NCBI GenBank assembly: GCA_951406725.2 | Contig: OX597818.1 | Location: 121,706,001-121,770,000 of the forward strand | Direction of reading: 5' to 3' | DNA: 64,000 nucleotides | Source: Octopus vulgaris | Taxonomy: Eukaryota | Shown here: positions 1 through 12,930 of the stretch, piece after piece | How the letters are laid out: the number at the start of each line of letters is the position of its first letter | How positions within the stretch are numbered: the first letter of the stretch is position 1 | Program-made: the position numbers and the translations under genes | Notes under the pieces: generated by a model | What the model was told of the DNA's origin: nothing | What the model saw: the letters and a program-made list of their open reading frames with translations, nothing else | The model's database searches: none

Positions 1-121
1 TGCGCGTGTCAGTATATATTTGGCATGCATTCAAGTATCTATCTGTGCATGCGTGTGCATGTATATGTATATGTACACACACACACACACACGTATATAT
101 ATATATGTATATATATATATG

Positions 122-200
<79 letters not shown>

Positions 201-834
201 ATGTAGGAAGAATATGATTATACCAGGAAGAATCTCAGCTTTACTTTGTCGTACAGGCAGATCAATATTTGCTGCTTATACTTATTCGTTTTCTTGTTGC
301 TCAGATTTATTTGTTTCTTCGATTCGCATATCTTCTGGCTTCTGTGCATGCCAGCGATTCCTAACATTTGTACATATCTATAATTTTTCTGGAAGAGATG
401 GATTGGCGGAATCGTTAGAACATCGGAGAAAATGCTCTATGGTGTTTGTTCTTGCTCTTTACCTCCTGATTGGTAGCGATGGTGATGGTGGTGATTGGTG
501 GTAATCTTGGTGATGGTGATGGTGTAAGAGTGGGTCGCAATATGGACGTTGTACTGCCGACGAGTTATTCTGTTGTAGCACAGTAACCTTAAAGCTAAGC
601 TAATTCTTTCTCTGAATCACAAGAATCTGTTGCATTCGTGCTAATCAGACTTTCCATAGCATTAGACAGAACCGAGGTGAGATATATCCTGGCTATGACG
701 CAGGCCTATCGCAATTAGCTTTTTTCTAGAGGATGAGCTGAAGAAGGCAATGAAAGTCAATGAATATCCTATAGTTTCCATTGCATCATCTCTGTTTAAA
801 ACTGAGCCATACCACCTACAATATCTGGAGAGGA

Positions 835-865
<31 letters not shown>

Positions 866-2189
866 ATCTAAAGAAAGAGCTTCTTCATGGTCGATCGTCA
901 TAGAAATAGCAGCCAAAGTTTTCTACACATTACTAACGTCTTAAACAAACAAGGACACATTAGATAAGGTAGTCCTACATATGAATAAACAATAGCTATA
1001 AAAACAGTGAAGTCTACTACTTGCATTATCTACTTAGAATAGATGGACTTGATCGTTGAAATATGAAACCTAAATATCCAGGCTACGTATAAACAGAACA
1101 CATCGTCAATAGCAGGAAATGAGCCAATGACTTTTCACTTGATTATCAATAAAATTGAACCCTACCCCCTTACAATTTAAAAAAATTATCTAGGAGACCG
1201 TGAAAGCAACACTGCAAGTTAACGGAACCCTTCAGTACAAATAACTTTAATTCAATACAGTTTATCAAAAAAAAAAAAAAAAATGTTTCCTTGTAGGTTT
1301 TTACGCAGCTAATAACGTCTGGAGTCTCTGTAGAGTCTCTCGCAAAACACAAGCAAGACCAAACAGATTCATTTGAACTTCTTAGCTATATTTTGTTTGA
1401 GAAGCAACTCCATGGTAATTTTTGCCAATTGACCAACAAAATGGTCCTGGGAAACTGCCTTCCGATCAACTGTTTTCCCTCATAACTACCTCATCACGAG
1501 CAATTTTCCTCCATTAAGAGAAACATTAAAAAGTGCAACAATGAGCACTCAAATAAATACAAGTTGGGGTTTTATTTTCAAGTCTGATCTGTTATCTCAT
1601 AAGAATAATTAGTAAATTATAAGATTTATTTTCTTAAATCACTATAATTATACCAGTAAAATTGTAGGTTGTGGGAAATACACAAATATTATAATTAATA
1701 ATCACAGTAATTAATTATTGTATTATTAATTATTACAATTATGATTTAATTGTTCAGGGCTAATTTTCAGGGGCCAGTTATCTGGAGAAAGTCGTTCGGA
1801 AAACAGCTGTCCTGAAATTTAACATGAAAGCATGAAGACGGCTACAGTTTTATGTGTGCTGTTTGCGTATCACATCCGAAGTTACCAGCCACCTGGGAGG
1901 ATAAGCCATGGAAATCCTTCTATAAACCATGGTTAAGACTCCCACTAATGGGAGACCGATGCCACAAATACTGATAAACGTAGGACTCTGATGATGGAAT
2001 AGTATATGACACTAGTTAAAGGTACAGCACTAAGCAGAGGAGGAAATTGGCAAAGAGGAGAAAGAGAAACGGAGAAAGAGATATGGAGAGAGAGAGAGAG
2101 AGAGAGTAGGAGAGAAAGGTAGATATGCGAAAGGGATTTCTTTTCTGATAGAGACTGTTTCTACTTTTAAGATCCTCTCTACGTTTTCG

Positions 2190-2463
2190 ATTTAGACAAT
2201 GCAACACCACTTAGTCAACAGTGCTTCGCCCACGGTCAACTCTACGTGGGCTGTTCACGCGTTGGGAGGCGCAATGAGGTTTTCATGTTTTCGCCCAAAG
2301 GGACAGCTAGGAATGTCGTATACACAGAAGTATTGGAGTGAAGAGAAGACATTGCAACCTACACATGCGCCTTCCTTCCTTAGAGGGAAAGGACTAGATC
2401 GGGATTAGTCGTTGTCTACTAGGGGCTCTTACATACCTGGGCAACGCCGGGCTATGCTGCTAG
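2190..2463 (+). mobile_element. Helitron 3' end, same family as 29175-29500
   Basis: agtcgttgtctactaggggctcttacatacctgggcaacgccgggctatgctgCTAG|t is nearly identical to the 3' end of the 29 kb copy; the 5' boundary is uncertain. Confidence 0.7.
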
Positions 2464-2659
2464 TTAACAATAAATTTTAACTATAAAAATTCTTCTTGCA
2501 ATCACTCTGTACAAAGCTTAGGCCTCCTACAATTTTCTGTTTCAAATTTCACTAACTCATACTTATCTCCATATGAGTTTTAGCAATATCCATTCTGCTC
2601 TTCTGGAAGTATGATACTTTCCTCCATTTTTTCCCTTTTTATTCATAGCATTTTCAATG

Positions 2660-2930
2660 TCTTCTTCTTCTTAACCCTTTAATACCATGTGAAGTACAGG
2701 GCGACAGCAAGGGATCCCCATCTATTTCAATGTTTGATAATGGATTGCAGTTGACCCCAAGTTTAGCCGCTTACGGGTGCTTTACTTTCTGTAGACCTTT
2801 TCCATATTATTTAACGTCAACTATGGTTCTACCTCTCTTGGGGTGTCTAAAGCAGGACTTCCTTGTAATGTTGGAGACAGGTTTCTGAAGGATGTGTCCC
2901 AGCCAAACCCATTTCCTCATCTTGACCCAG
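2660..2930 (-). mobile_element. Fossil RTE-like LINE 3' end
   Basis: Minus translation RKWVWLGHILQKPVSNITR resembles the W.GH.LR motif at RTE ORF C-termini; followed by a (GAA)n-like tail. Confidence 0.5.
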
Positions 2931-3851
2931 GTTTCAGCAGGTTACGTGTTAGCCTTTTCCCACTTGGCTTTGATACATCTGTTCAAAAACATATGGAGCT
3001 TGCCAACGGATAACCTTGTGACTCGCCATGTTTCACATGTGTGTACTTGGTTGTTATTCGTGCTCCTTTACTCATGAATAATGTTCTCTCTATAAAACCA
3101 ACTGGTAATCAATTTGTACCATGTCCCGTGAAGTTTTTCTTTACTTATAGCCTATCAGTTAAAGCTTTGCTGAACAGTAACTAATTAGATATCTTTCAGT
3201 CATTTCTATTTTAATTTTCTGTGACTTACTCCCTGGCGAGTGACGTCATTCCAAGCTTTTTCCAACGCTGTTTTTGTCTTTAGTATCATTCGTCCCTGAC
3301 AATCAATACATTATCCATACTCTTTCCCAAGGGCTTTCTACTTTTCCTGGTGCTAAATTGATTACCGTGCTGCATCTTTTCTTCATTTTTTAAAATCTCA
3401 TTCTTCGTAAAAATCGTTTTCTGTTAGAAAGGAACTGTTTGTTTAGTTAAAAAAAAATATTGCCGCTGTTCATAATGGCGGATTATTATTTTATTTTAGC
3501 ATGTATTTCTGTAGCATTCGTCTACTTTACTTTTCTCTTCTCTTCTTTTTTTCGTTCATTTCATTTACATACTTTTGTTGTAGATCTCATTAAGGATCGA
3601 AAGAATTTTTTTCTTTTCTTTTCCGCCCTTCTCTGTAAATTGCTTTCTTACATTGTTTGTTTGAGGTTTGGTTATTGTTATCTGAGACGTTCTGGGGGTA
3701 GTTGCTCGTTCTGATGCTCATAGCTGTTCTCAATATATCGTTTATGAACCGGTTTGTGTTTTATATTGTTGCTGTCTTATCTAAACATTTTTATCTTTGG
3801 GAGTGTCTTTCCTTGTTCCAAACGACGATACATTGATTTTAATTTCGTGGT

Positions 3852-3886
<35 letters not shown>

Positions 3887-4689
3887 GGCTGGTACTTTAT
3901 TTTACTGACTCCTGAGGGATGAAAGGAAAGCTGAACTCCTTTGGACTTCGACTAGATTGTAGCAGTTTTAATTTCCAGCTGAGATGACTGTGAAACAAAG
4001 TGCTTTGCACCAGGAAGCTTGATCCGCTCGATCCGCTCGATCCGCTCGATCCGAGAATCGAAGCCACGTTTTAAATGATCATGAACCCTAACAACTAGGC
4101 CATGCACCTTCACTAGTAATAGTAAGCGTTAACGCACTTGTTGCTCCTGATGAATCCTGATCTGGTAGACCCATGATTAAAGCTGTTCATGGCCACCTCG
4201 TCTTTTTGTAAATCGCGACCTACTTTGGGATACCTGTCCAATGTACCCTTTACTTTTGAAGACGAAAGTGCGTGACTCGAGAGAAAATTGGCTGCTATTC
4301 TTAGCAGATCGAATGACTTCGTGGAGACCACTTCTATTGGCTTGTAGTGTTGTTGTATAGTGTTGTTACTGTTATTGTCCAGTGACTGGTGAGCCTTGAT
4401 TGGGCATATTAGGATCAAAGTCATTCAAGTCATGATCACACAACTTTTTTTGTAAGACTGCATATATCTAAGTCCACACATTCCTATGTGTTCTTCAATT
4501 TCTTTTTACATGGTGGAATTTGATATGAAAGAAGTTTTCTACTTTTAGAAGTCAAGCTACTATTGCTAGAATTAGACACGAGCTGAACCAGCTACAATAT
4601 TTTTTATTTGGTGAGTGTAGAAGAAGGGGCAATGACCATGACCTTTGTAGACTCACTGAGGCCGATGAACTTGATGCAGTTAATATTAG

Positions 4690-4900
4690 TATCAAGTTTT
4701 GGCAGAAGGCCAGCAATTTCGAGGGAAGGAGTAAGTCGATTACATCGACTCCCTGTGCTTAAGTGGTACTTATTTCATCGACTCCGAAAGGATGAAAAGA
4801 AAAGTTGACCACAGTGGAATTCGAACTCAGAACGTAAAAACAGATGAAATGCAGTAAAGCATATTGCCCGGCGTGCTAACGATCCTGCCAGCACGCCGCC
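4690..4900 (-). mobile_element. SINE family B copy
   Basis: Colinear similarity to 28108-28320. Confidence 0.75.
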
Positions 4901-5319
4901 TATGATGCAGTTAACGTCCCAGTTAAATTGTTGCAGGTCAGTACATGCAGGAAAAACACCTGTAGGAAAGACACGAGCAGGGAGAAGACATCAGAGGGCC
5001 AACAACTCAGGTAGGAAGGAGCAGGAATAGCGGCCAGTGTGGAGCTGGGGCATGGATTTGGAATCAAGGGACTGGTCGATTTTGGAACAAGGGCGATGGG
5101 AGGTGGAGCGATGAGTGGATTGAGGTGCTTGAGTGGAAAATGTACCAGGGCAACTAGCTTCGAGAAACAGAGCGACAATTATAGCAGCGATAAAAGAGAG
5201 AGAGAAAGAGATGCACGCCTGTGTGATTTATCGCATCTTTAAGTGACTTTATTCCAATCAATCGAGTAGTCCTTCTCTGGATGTCAGTGCGTGTAGCAGC
5301 AGTATCAGCACCATCGTCG

Positions 5320-5351
<32 letters not shown>

Positions 5352-6172
5352 GTCGTCGTTTCAGATATTGGAGTAGTACTCTATTGTGGGTTTTATTTGA
5401 GCTTTGTAGAGTGTCGGTAACTTGGGGACTGAAATATTTTTGTGACACTCAAAAAAAAGGGCCAGTCTTTAGCATGTGGTCCTAGTTATATTAATAATGT
5501 TCTTTTACTAGGGGAGATCCTCGGTATTTAGGGTTTAATAGTCTGAAGAGAATCCAAAGCCATATATGGTTTCAATGATTGTGAGACTTTCTGGTGTAAT
5601 TTTTTTTCAAACAAATGGCCTCCAATCTTTATATATTTTTGGGTCTTATAAAGAATAAACTCAACACTGCGAACAACACGTAGAGAACAGAGCTGTGTGG
5701 CGTAGTGTAGTAGAGTTGTGTAACCGAGTGTCGCGTGGCACAGAATGATTTTGTAAATGTTTCGTTATGATGTTAAGTTAAGTTCCTGTGCTTTAAAAAT
5801 TTTTCTAATGGTTGAAGAGAATGTAACCATGATAATAAATTCTCAAAGAACTGGGGAAATCAATGCGGGTTGATAGCCTTGAGCTATCACCCCGCATTGT
5901 CGCGACTGGAAGAAAAAAGACAAACAAGACATGGATTGAGAACAAACAGAAGGACGACATGCAAGGGAGGAAAAAAAAAATTGATGTTGAGCAGATTAAC
6001 AGTGGGGAGAGATAGATGGGATAGAAGTTAACAGTTTCGTTTTGAGAAATATTTGTATTCACTTGGTGCTTTTAATGGTCATTATTGTCATCGCAGCCTC
6101 TCATTTTCGTTTCATAAGATTTTGTCCAAGTCAACAAAACATTGGCCACATACATCGGTTTTCCTCCTAAGT

Positions 6173-7009
6173 GAACTGTACTTCCGTGAGGACCTATTAA
6201 ACTGTACATCCGAGAGGACCTATTAAACTGTACTTCCGAGAGGACCTATTAAACTGTATTTCCGAGAGGACCTATTAAATTGTACTTCCGAGAGGACCTA
6301 TTAAACTGTACTTCCGAGAGGACCTATTAAACTGTACTTCCGAGAGGACCTATTAAACTGTACTTCCGAGAGGACCTATTAAACTGTACTTCCGAGAGGA
6401 CCTATTAAACTGTACTTCCGAGAGGACCTTTTAAACTGTACTTCCGAAAGGACCTATTAAACTGTACTTCTGAGAGGACCTATTAAACTGTATTTCCGAG
6501 AGGACCTATTAAACTGTACTTCCGAGAGGACCTATTAAACTGTACTTCCGAGAGGACCTATTAAATTGTACTTCCGAGAGGACCTATTAAACTGTACTTC
6601 CGAGAGGACCTATTAAACTGTACTTCCGAGAGGACCTATCAAACTGTACTTCCGCGAGGACCTATTAAACTGTACTTCCGAGAGGACCTATTAAACTGTA
6701 CTTCCAAGCGGACCTATTAAACTGTACTTCCGAGAGGACCTATTAAACTGTACTTCCGAGAGGACCTATTAAACTGTACTTCCGAGAGGACCTATTAAAC
6801 TGTACTTCCGCGAGGACCTATTAAACTGTACTTCCGAGAGGACCTATTAAACTGTACTTCCAAGCGGACCTATTAAACTGTACTTCCAAGCGGACCTATT
6901 AAACTGTATTTCCGAGAGGACCTATTAAACTGTATTTCCGAGAGGACCTATTAAATTGTACTTCCGAGAGGACCTATTAAACTGTACTTCCGCGAGGACA
7001 TATTAAACT
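6173..7009. repeat. 26-bp minisatellite, about 32 copies (AAACTGTACTTCCGAGAGGACCTATT)
   Basis: Period of 26 read directly (aggacctatt at 6241 and 6267); few substitutions; no spacers. Confidence 0.97.
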
Positions 7010-7043
7010 TGAAAGAAAGACACGAAGTTCTAATATGGGATAA

Positions 7044-7388
7044 AAAGGGTAAAGGGTAAAGACTCCATTCGGTCATGAATGACCATGAGATTACACCTAG
7101 AAAGTTACCCTCCTAGGCACAAGCCGGCCAGGGTTGTTTATGGAAGATCAGCAGTCGCCTATGCAAACCAGTCTCCACTCTCCACACCACTAATGTTATC
7201 TAAGGGAAAGGCAAAGGCACCAGTGACGTCGCAGCTTATTAAACTGTACTTCCGAGAGCTGAGTAAACTGTACTTCCGAGCAATATTAAATTGTCTTGCT
7301 CAGAGGAACGCATTAAACTGTATTTCGGGAGCGAACTCACAACCTCATGATTGTGAGCCCGACGTTCTAACCACTGAACCATGCGCCT
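7044..7388 (-). mobile_element. tRNA-derived SINE interrupted by minisatellite-like motifs
   Basis: Minus strand begins aggcgcatggttcagtggttagaacgtcgggctcacaatcatgaggttgtgagttcg (A/B-box tRNA head) and ends in a (tttaccc)n-like tail. Confidence 0.65.
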
Positions 7389-8139
7389 ACACTACATGGG
7401 GAACAAAATCATAAAGCATGGCCTAGACGCTGCAGGTTTCACTTCCCAGCTCGAGCCAGCGGGACTAGACCGAGGGGACGGTAAAAGACACGACGGTGTG
7501 ACGACAACTTGGTGTGTTCATCTATCATCCCTGGCTCCGCTTCTCATCAGGCTGAGAAAAGTAAACCGTCAAGGTATCAGTCACTTGGAGACTTCCAGCG
7601 TACTCGCCCCACAGGCCGTATCCCTGATCACCACTATTTGGACGGAGATGGCTATCTGAAAGTTCGAGCACCGTGAGTCAGAGTGGCTGTTTCAGCGCAT
7701 CTCCTGCGCCACCCTCCGGAGCAATACCTTTTCCATTTTGTCTGATAGGCCCATGAAGTAGTCTGAGTTACAGGAAATTGTACGTTCCACTACTTAATGT
7801 AAAGTTACTCCATATAAATTACCAAAAATACACACCTAATCACCTTAATTAAGAACACATTAAATAATTAAGTTTTGGTTTCTAGGCTACCATTATTAGA
7901 TATATCACTTGACGGTACCGTACAGAAAAAACAAAACAAAACAAAACAGATAATTTAAAACTGGTATAGATGTTAGCAGAATCTGAGAAAATAATTTCTA
8001 TCAAAATTCGCACTAGTTCGATCTCCCTTTGATAATATATGTATTCATTTAATAGAATCAACTGTAATACCGGATCTGACATCTTAAAGTACTCCCACGC
8101 AAAATTTTTTTTTACTCAGACTAACCAGATAACATCGGT

Positions 8140-8186
<47 letters not shown>

Positions 8187-8790
8187 AACAGAATAAACGT
8201 AAATCTTCTATGTGTCACTACATTTACAAGAAACAGAGCCATAAAATCTCTTTCAAGTAACAAACACACACACGCACGCAAAGCACACACGCACACACAC
8301 AGGCACGCACACGCATACACATACATTGTATAATGCAGTCTTACATACTCTGTATGGAATGGTCAAGGCTGGAATGCCTTTGACCATAGATCTGTTCGAC
8401 CAGAGGCTGACTTGTGACTAAACAACTCCAGCACTAATCCTCCTCCTCCTCCTCCTTCTCCTCCTCCTCCCCTCTCCCACCACCACCGCTGCTGCTGCTG
8501 CTGCTACAACAACAAAGTCAAATTGCTCTCAAGTATCGCAGACATGTGAAAACTTATAAAGTCTCATTTTCTCTGTTGTCTAACTTTGAAGATTTTGAGA
8601 AGCAACACTTGATTTTTATTTTTAGATCCGCCAGAGATGGTGTGTACAATAAGGAAGACCTTTGACCTGTCTATTTTGCATGGCTTTTTCACCGTTTCTT
8701 TTTTGTGAAGCCAAAACACAGTAAAACAGTCTACATTTCCATAGATAATATTACCTCTTAAACGCGTGAGCGCGCACACACTCACACACG

Positions 8791-8863
<73 letters not shown>

Positions 8864-10091
8864 TTTTGCAATCTTGTATTTCAATCCTGCATTCTGTTTT
8901 GTCTCAAGAATTGTTAAACTCAACTCTGGAAATATTTGCAATGTAGTTTAAAACGGTTTTTAAAAATTTATTTTCTCAAAAATAGATTCCTTTGTAAAAC
9001 TACATAAAAAGTTTTTATATCATAAATCAGAATTATGAAAAATCTCTGCTGCAAGTCGTTAGAATATTGGATAAACTGTTTCATGGTATTTTATTCCGAC
9101 TTTCTTTGTCTTTCGGAGGTCTGTATAAAGAAAAAAAAAGCGCCGACCTAGATTGGCGGAATATCTTGTGACCAGGACCGGTGCTAGGAAGTTCAGGACC
9201 TAAATTGAGAATTGTCAGTGAGGCCTTCTATTCTACAGAAGCTGAAAGCTGATGTTTTATGCTTCGTGTAGTATGCCAGTCTCAACCAAAAAGCGTCGAG
9301 GGCTTGAGGCACGACCATTAGCCACAGTGATATACTAAAAATTCATCAAAGCGTCCTCCACAATAAATGCAACTGGATTTTACTATGATAGACAGCAAAT
9401 TAGTCGTTTTAATCTTAATAGCTCAACGACAACATCACTCCACTTCCTCCTCCCCCCTGCTTAGAGGAAAAAGCACAGTGCTTATGTTACAGATGCTCTG
9501 AGACTTATGGTAGAAGAAAGGGAGATAACTATCATCAAACCTGTAATCCAATACAAACAACTAAAATGGTGGTATTAAACCGGGCGATTGACTGTCTACC
9601 ACCCTATCACAATAATGGTCCCTTTCAATGGGCTTCTGCACAGTTTCCACCAACCGAATTCTCCTCATAAGAGTTTAGTACGTTCAAAGCTATAATAAAT
9701 GGCACTGCTCAAAGTGCCATGCTGTAAGATTGAACCTAGAAATACATAAATGTGAAGCAAACTTTTTAGCCACGTTCTGAGTTGAAATTCTGTCAAAGTC
9801 GACTTTGCCTTTCATCCTTTCGGGGATGCGCCACGTTAACGCTGACGAATGCTCTTTAGAAACTTGTAAACACAATTAAAATTAGACGGAACCAATATAT
9901 AATGTTCTCTTGTACGCATATTAAGTCAAAGTGTTTGGTCTGTACGGTTTCCAGATAGAGTTGTTCGTTGTGAGTAAATAGTTGTGCATTGTTTCATCGG
10001 ATTAGGACTAATAAAACGGGAGATATGAGTGCGAGAGGTTTCTCAGAATGTTTTAATTTCATTACTTGGCATGAATATTTCAGTCAGTCAT

Positions 10092-10122
<31 letters not shown>

Positions 10123-10140
10123 TCGCATACACATATATAT

Positions 10141-10254
<114 letters not shown>

Positions 10255-10320
10255 CGTCTGTTTGTCTGTATGTATGTTTACACATACACACACATATGTA
10301 CACGTACACACACACACACA

Positions 10321-10556
10321 TACTTTATTAAAAAGCAGCAAAAAATACAACAACAGTTGTTACCTGTAGTTTCACGTTCCCGTTCGTCGGACAGTGTTGT
10401 TTCGAAACAAAACTGTCTGACGAACGGGAACGTGAAACCCTGAGTGACAGTTTTCGTGATATATTTGCTGCTTTTTAATAAAGTATATTACTCTAATTCC
10501 GGTTTTCGAGTACTATTTTTACCACCTTGTTTCGCATTTATGTGCTTACTCTGGTA
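10321..10556. mobile_element. Miniature inverted-repeat element with two divergent hammerhead-like motifs (PLE pLTR-derived)
   Basis: Near-perfect hairpin 10369-10438 centred on ttc|gaa, with outer arms tactttattaaaaagcagcaaa / tttgctgctttttaataaagta. Plus arm: AAAACTGT-CTGACGA-ACG-ggaa-CGT-GAAA-C..GTG-ACAGTTTT. Minus arm has CCGACGA core and GTA site. Confidence 0.6.
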
Positions 10557-10560
10557 TATA

Positions 10561-10596
<36 letters not shown>

Positions 10597-10615
10597 TGTA
10601 TGTATGTATGTATGT

Positions 10616-10837
10616 ACTCTTACTCTTTACTCTTTTACTTGTTTCAGTCATTTGACTGCGGCCATGCTGGAGCACCGCCTTTAGTCGAGCAAATCGACCC
10701 CGGGACTTATTCTTTGTAAGCCCAGTACTTATTCTATCGGTCTCTTTTGCCGAAACGCTAATTGATGGGGACGTAAACACACCAGCATCGGTTGTCAAGC
10801 AATGCTAGGGGGACAAACACAGACACACACAAACACA

Positions 10838-10889
<52 letters not shown>

Positions 10890-11053
10890 CATATATACGA
10901 CAGGCTTCTTTCAGTTTCTGTCTACCAAATCCACTCACAAGGCATTAGTCGGCCCGGGGCTATAGCAGAAGTCACTTGCCCAAGATGCCACGCAGTGGAC
11001 TGAACCCGGAACCATGTGGTTGGTAAGCAAGCTACTTACCACACAGCCACTCC
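10616..11053 (-). mobile_element. tRNA-derived SINE family A, full length
   Basis: Near-identical to copies at 51252 and 57290: tRNA-like head, internal (TA/TG)n and (gagtaaa)n tail. Confidence 0.85.
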
Positions 11054-11148
11054 ACATATATATATATATATATATATGTATTTATATATATATATGTGTG
11101 TGTGTGTATATATATATATATGTGTTTATATATATATATATATATATC

Positions 11149-11197
<49 letters not shown>

Positions 11198-12858
11198 CCT
11201 CTCAACTAAAAGTAGCGAAAAAAAAACGACGGCCAAGATTCTTCGTATAGAACAATCTCTGTCACTTTTACTTTGACATTACGTAGAGTAAAGGTCGAAA
11301 ACTGACATATGGTGTACTCAAATAGAATGAGTCGGAAGGAACCAAATCGATTTCACTTATGTTAATTTTAAGTACATCTGTTTTGTTACAAATGTTCAAT
11401 CTTAGTGCAGATGTGACCCTGTGATGTGTTCCGTGTTACTTTTACTTCTCAATCAACAGAATATATTGAAGGCATTTCCAATAGTTCAAATGTTTAGAGA
11501 CCATTCAGACTTTGAATAGTTATTGACTTGAGAATTGCGTTCAATCACAAAAATGAACGACACTAACTCTGATGACCAGAACGCTATCCTAAAAGAATTT
11601 AGGGAAAAATACGCATGAGTCTTGAATGTGAAGGGAAATCATTTAGAGTATTCTGAGTGACTTCCAATGGAATCGCAAAACGTATATAAAGTGGTGATAC
11701 AGAAAGCTTTAGTGTTGGTTGGTACAAGCGATTGCAGAAGATAATTAAATCAATATGCTATTATTGGTTGAATATATGCATGTGATAAGAAGAATGCTCG
11801 AAAAATGGAAAGTCGCATTGCTGAACATTACAAAACAAAAGGAGTTAAAGCGCATGCGTTCTATTCACGACTCCTATCTTGAATTTTATTTTGTGAATTG
11901 CGCTAACACTATTTTTAGTCTCTAAAATTGTGTTCTAGCTTCACAAGCAACAATCCCATAATGTCAAGCCATTTGAATGATTTGAGAAATAACGGAGAGA
12001 TTTGATGCAGAGATGCGAGATTATCTCGCTTTCGATAAAAATTATCATTTAAAAAAACCAAAACAACCCCCCAAAATACAATAGCACTAAACCGAGAGAT
12101 AAACATTGGACTAACGTCATGTATTCAGTGATAAAACAATTGAATACTAGCAGAAGTGAGAGCAGGATATGTCTAATTAAGTTCCAGTATTGAATAAAAA
12201 AATCTTCATAGTAAAAAGGAACGGCTGGAAGCACAGTAGCAATACTTGAAATACTTTTTCATATAGATTTTCCTCTGTGATATCTTTTTCCTTTGATGAT
12301 TTGAACTATACGTGATCTCACCAGCTTTCACTGAACTCGTTAATTTCCATGAAATGCAACTAAACGAAAAGACTCCAGGCTTAAATTCAATGACGGTCAA
12401 AGAAGTAATCATGTGTAGAAGGGAAATATTTGATGGAATTATCCTGAAATCGTGCTTTTAAGTTTAGAAAAGTAACATTATACCAGCTTCAGTTTCACGT
12501 GATTAAGTCTTGCTTTATTTTTTGTTTTTAAAATTCCTCTTTGCGAATATTAATATTTGAAGTCTATGATGGTATTAGTTTTTTTCCTTTAGAGATCCAG
12601 CCGTGATTACTTTCTATGTTAGAATGCTAGAATTAGAGTTAGTTTTATTTTAACAGAAGATAAAAACAGGATTAGTTCGTTGCATCTTTATTTTCTTTTT
12701 CTGATTGAGTGATACCATATTTCAAGCTTAAACATTTCTGAACTTTTGTGAAAGTGTAGCTGCGTTGTTGAGTTGGTGAAATGTTATCTTTTTGCTTTAT
12801 TTACGCAATTTTATCTACAGCTATTGACTTTTATATGAAAGCTTATACATTAAACCTG

Positions 12859-12930
<72 letters not shown>

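Noticed and set aside
662-944. Overlapping short ORFs as a gene
   Set aside because: Only a faint resemblance to a retroelement remnant (LKKAMKVNEYP), and no supportable exon chain.
6173-7009. CRISPR-like array
   Set aside because: The 26-bp units are head-to-tail with no unique spacers, and there are no cas genes; it is a minisatellite in eukaryotic DNA.
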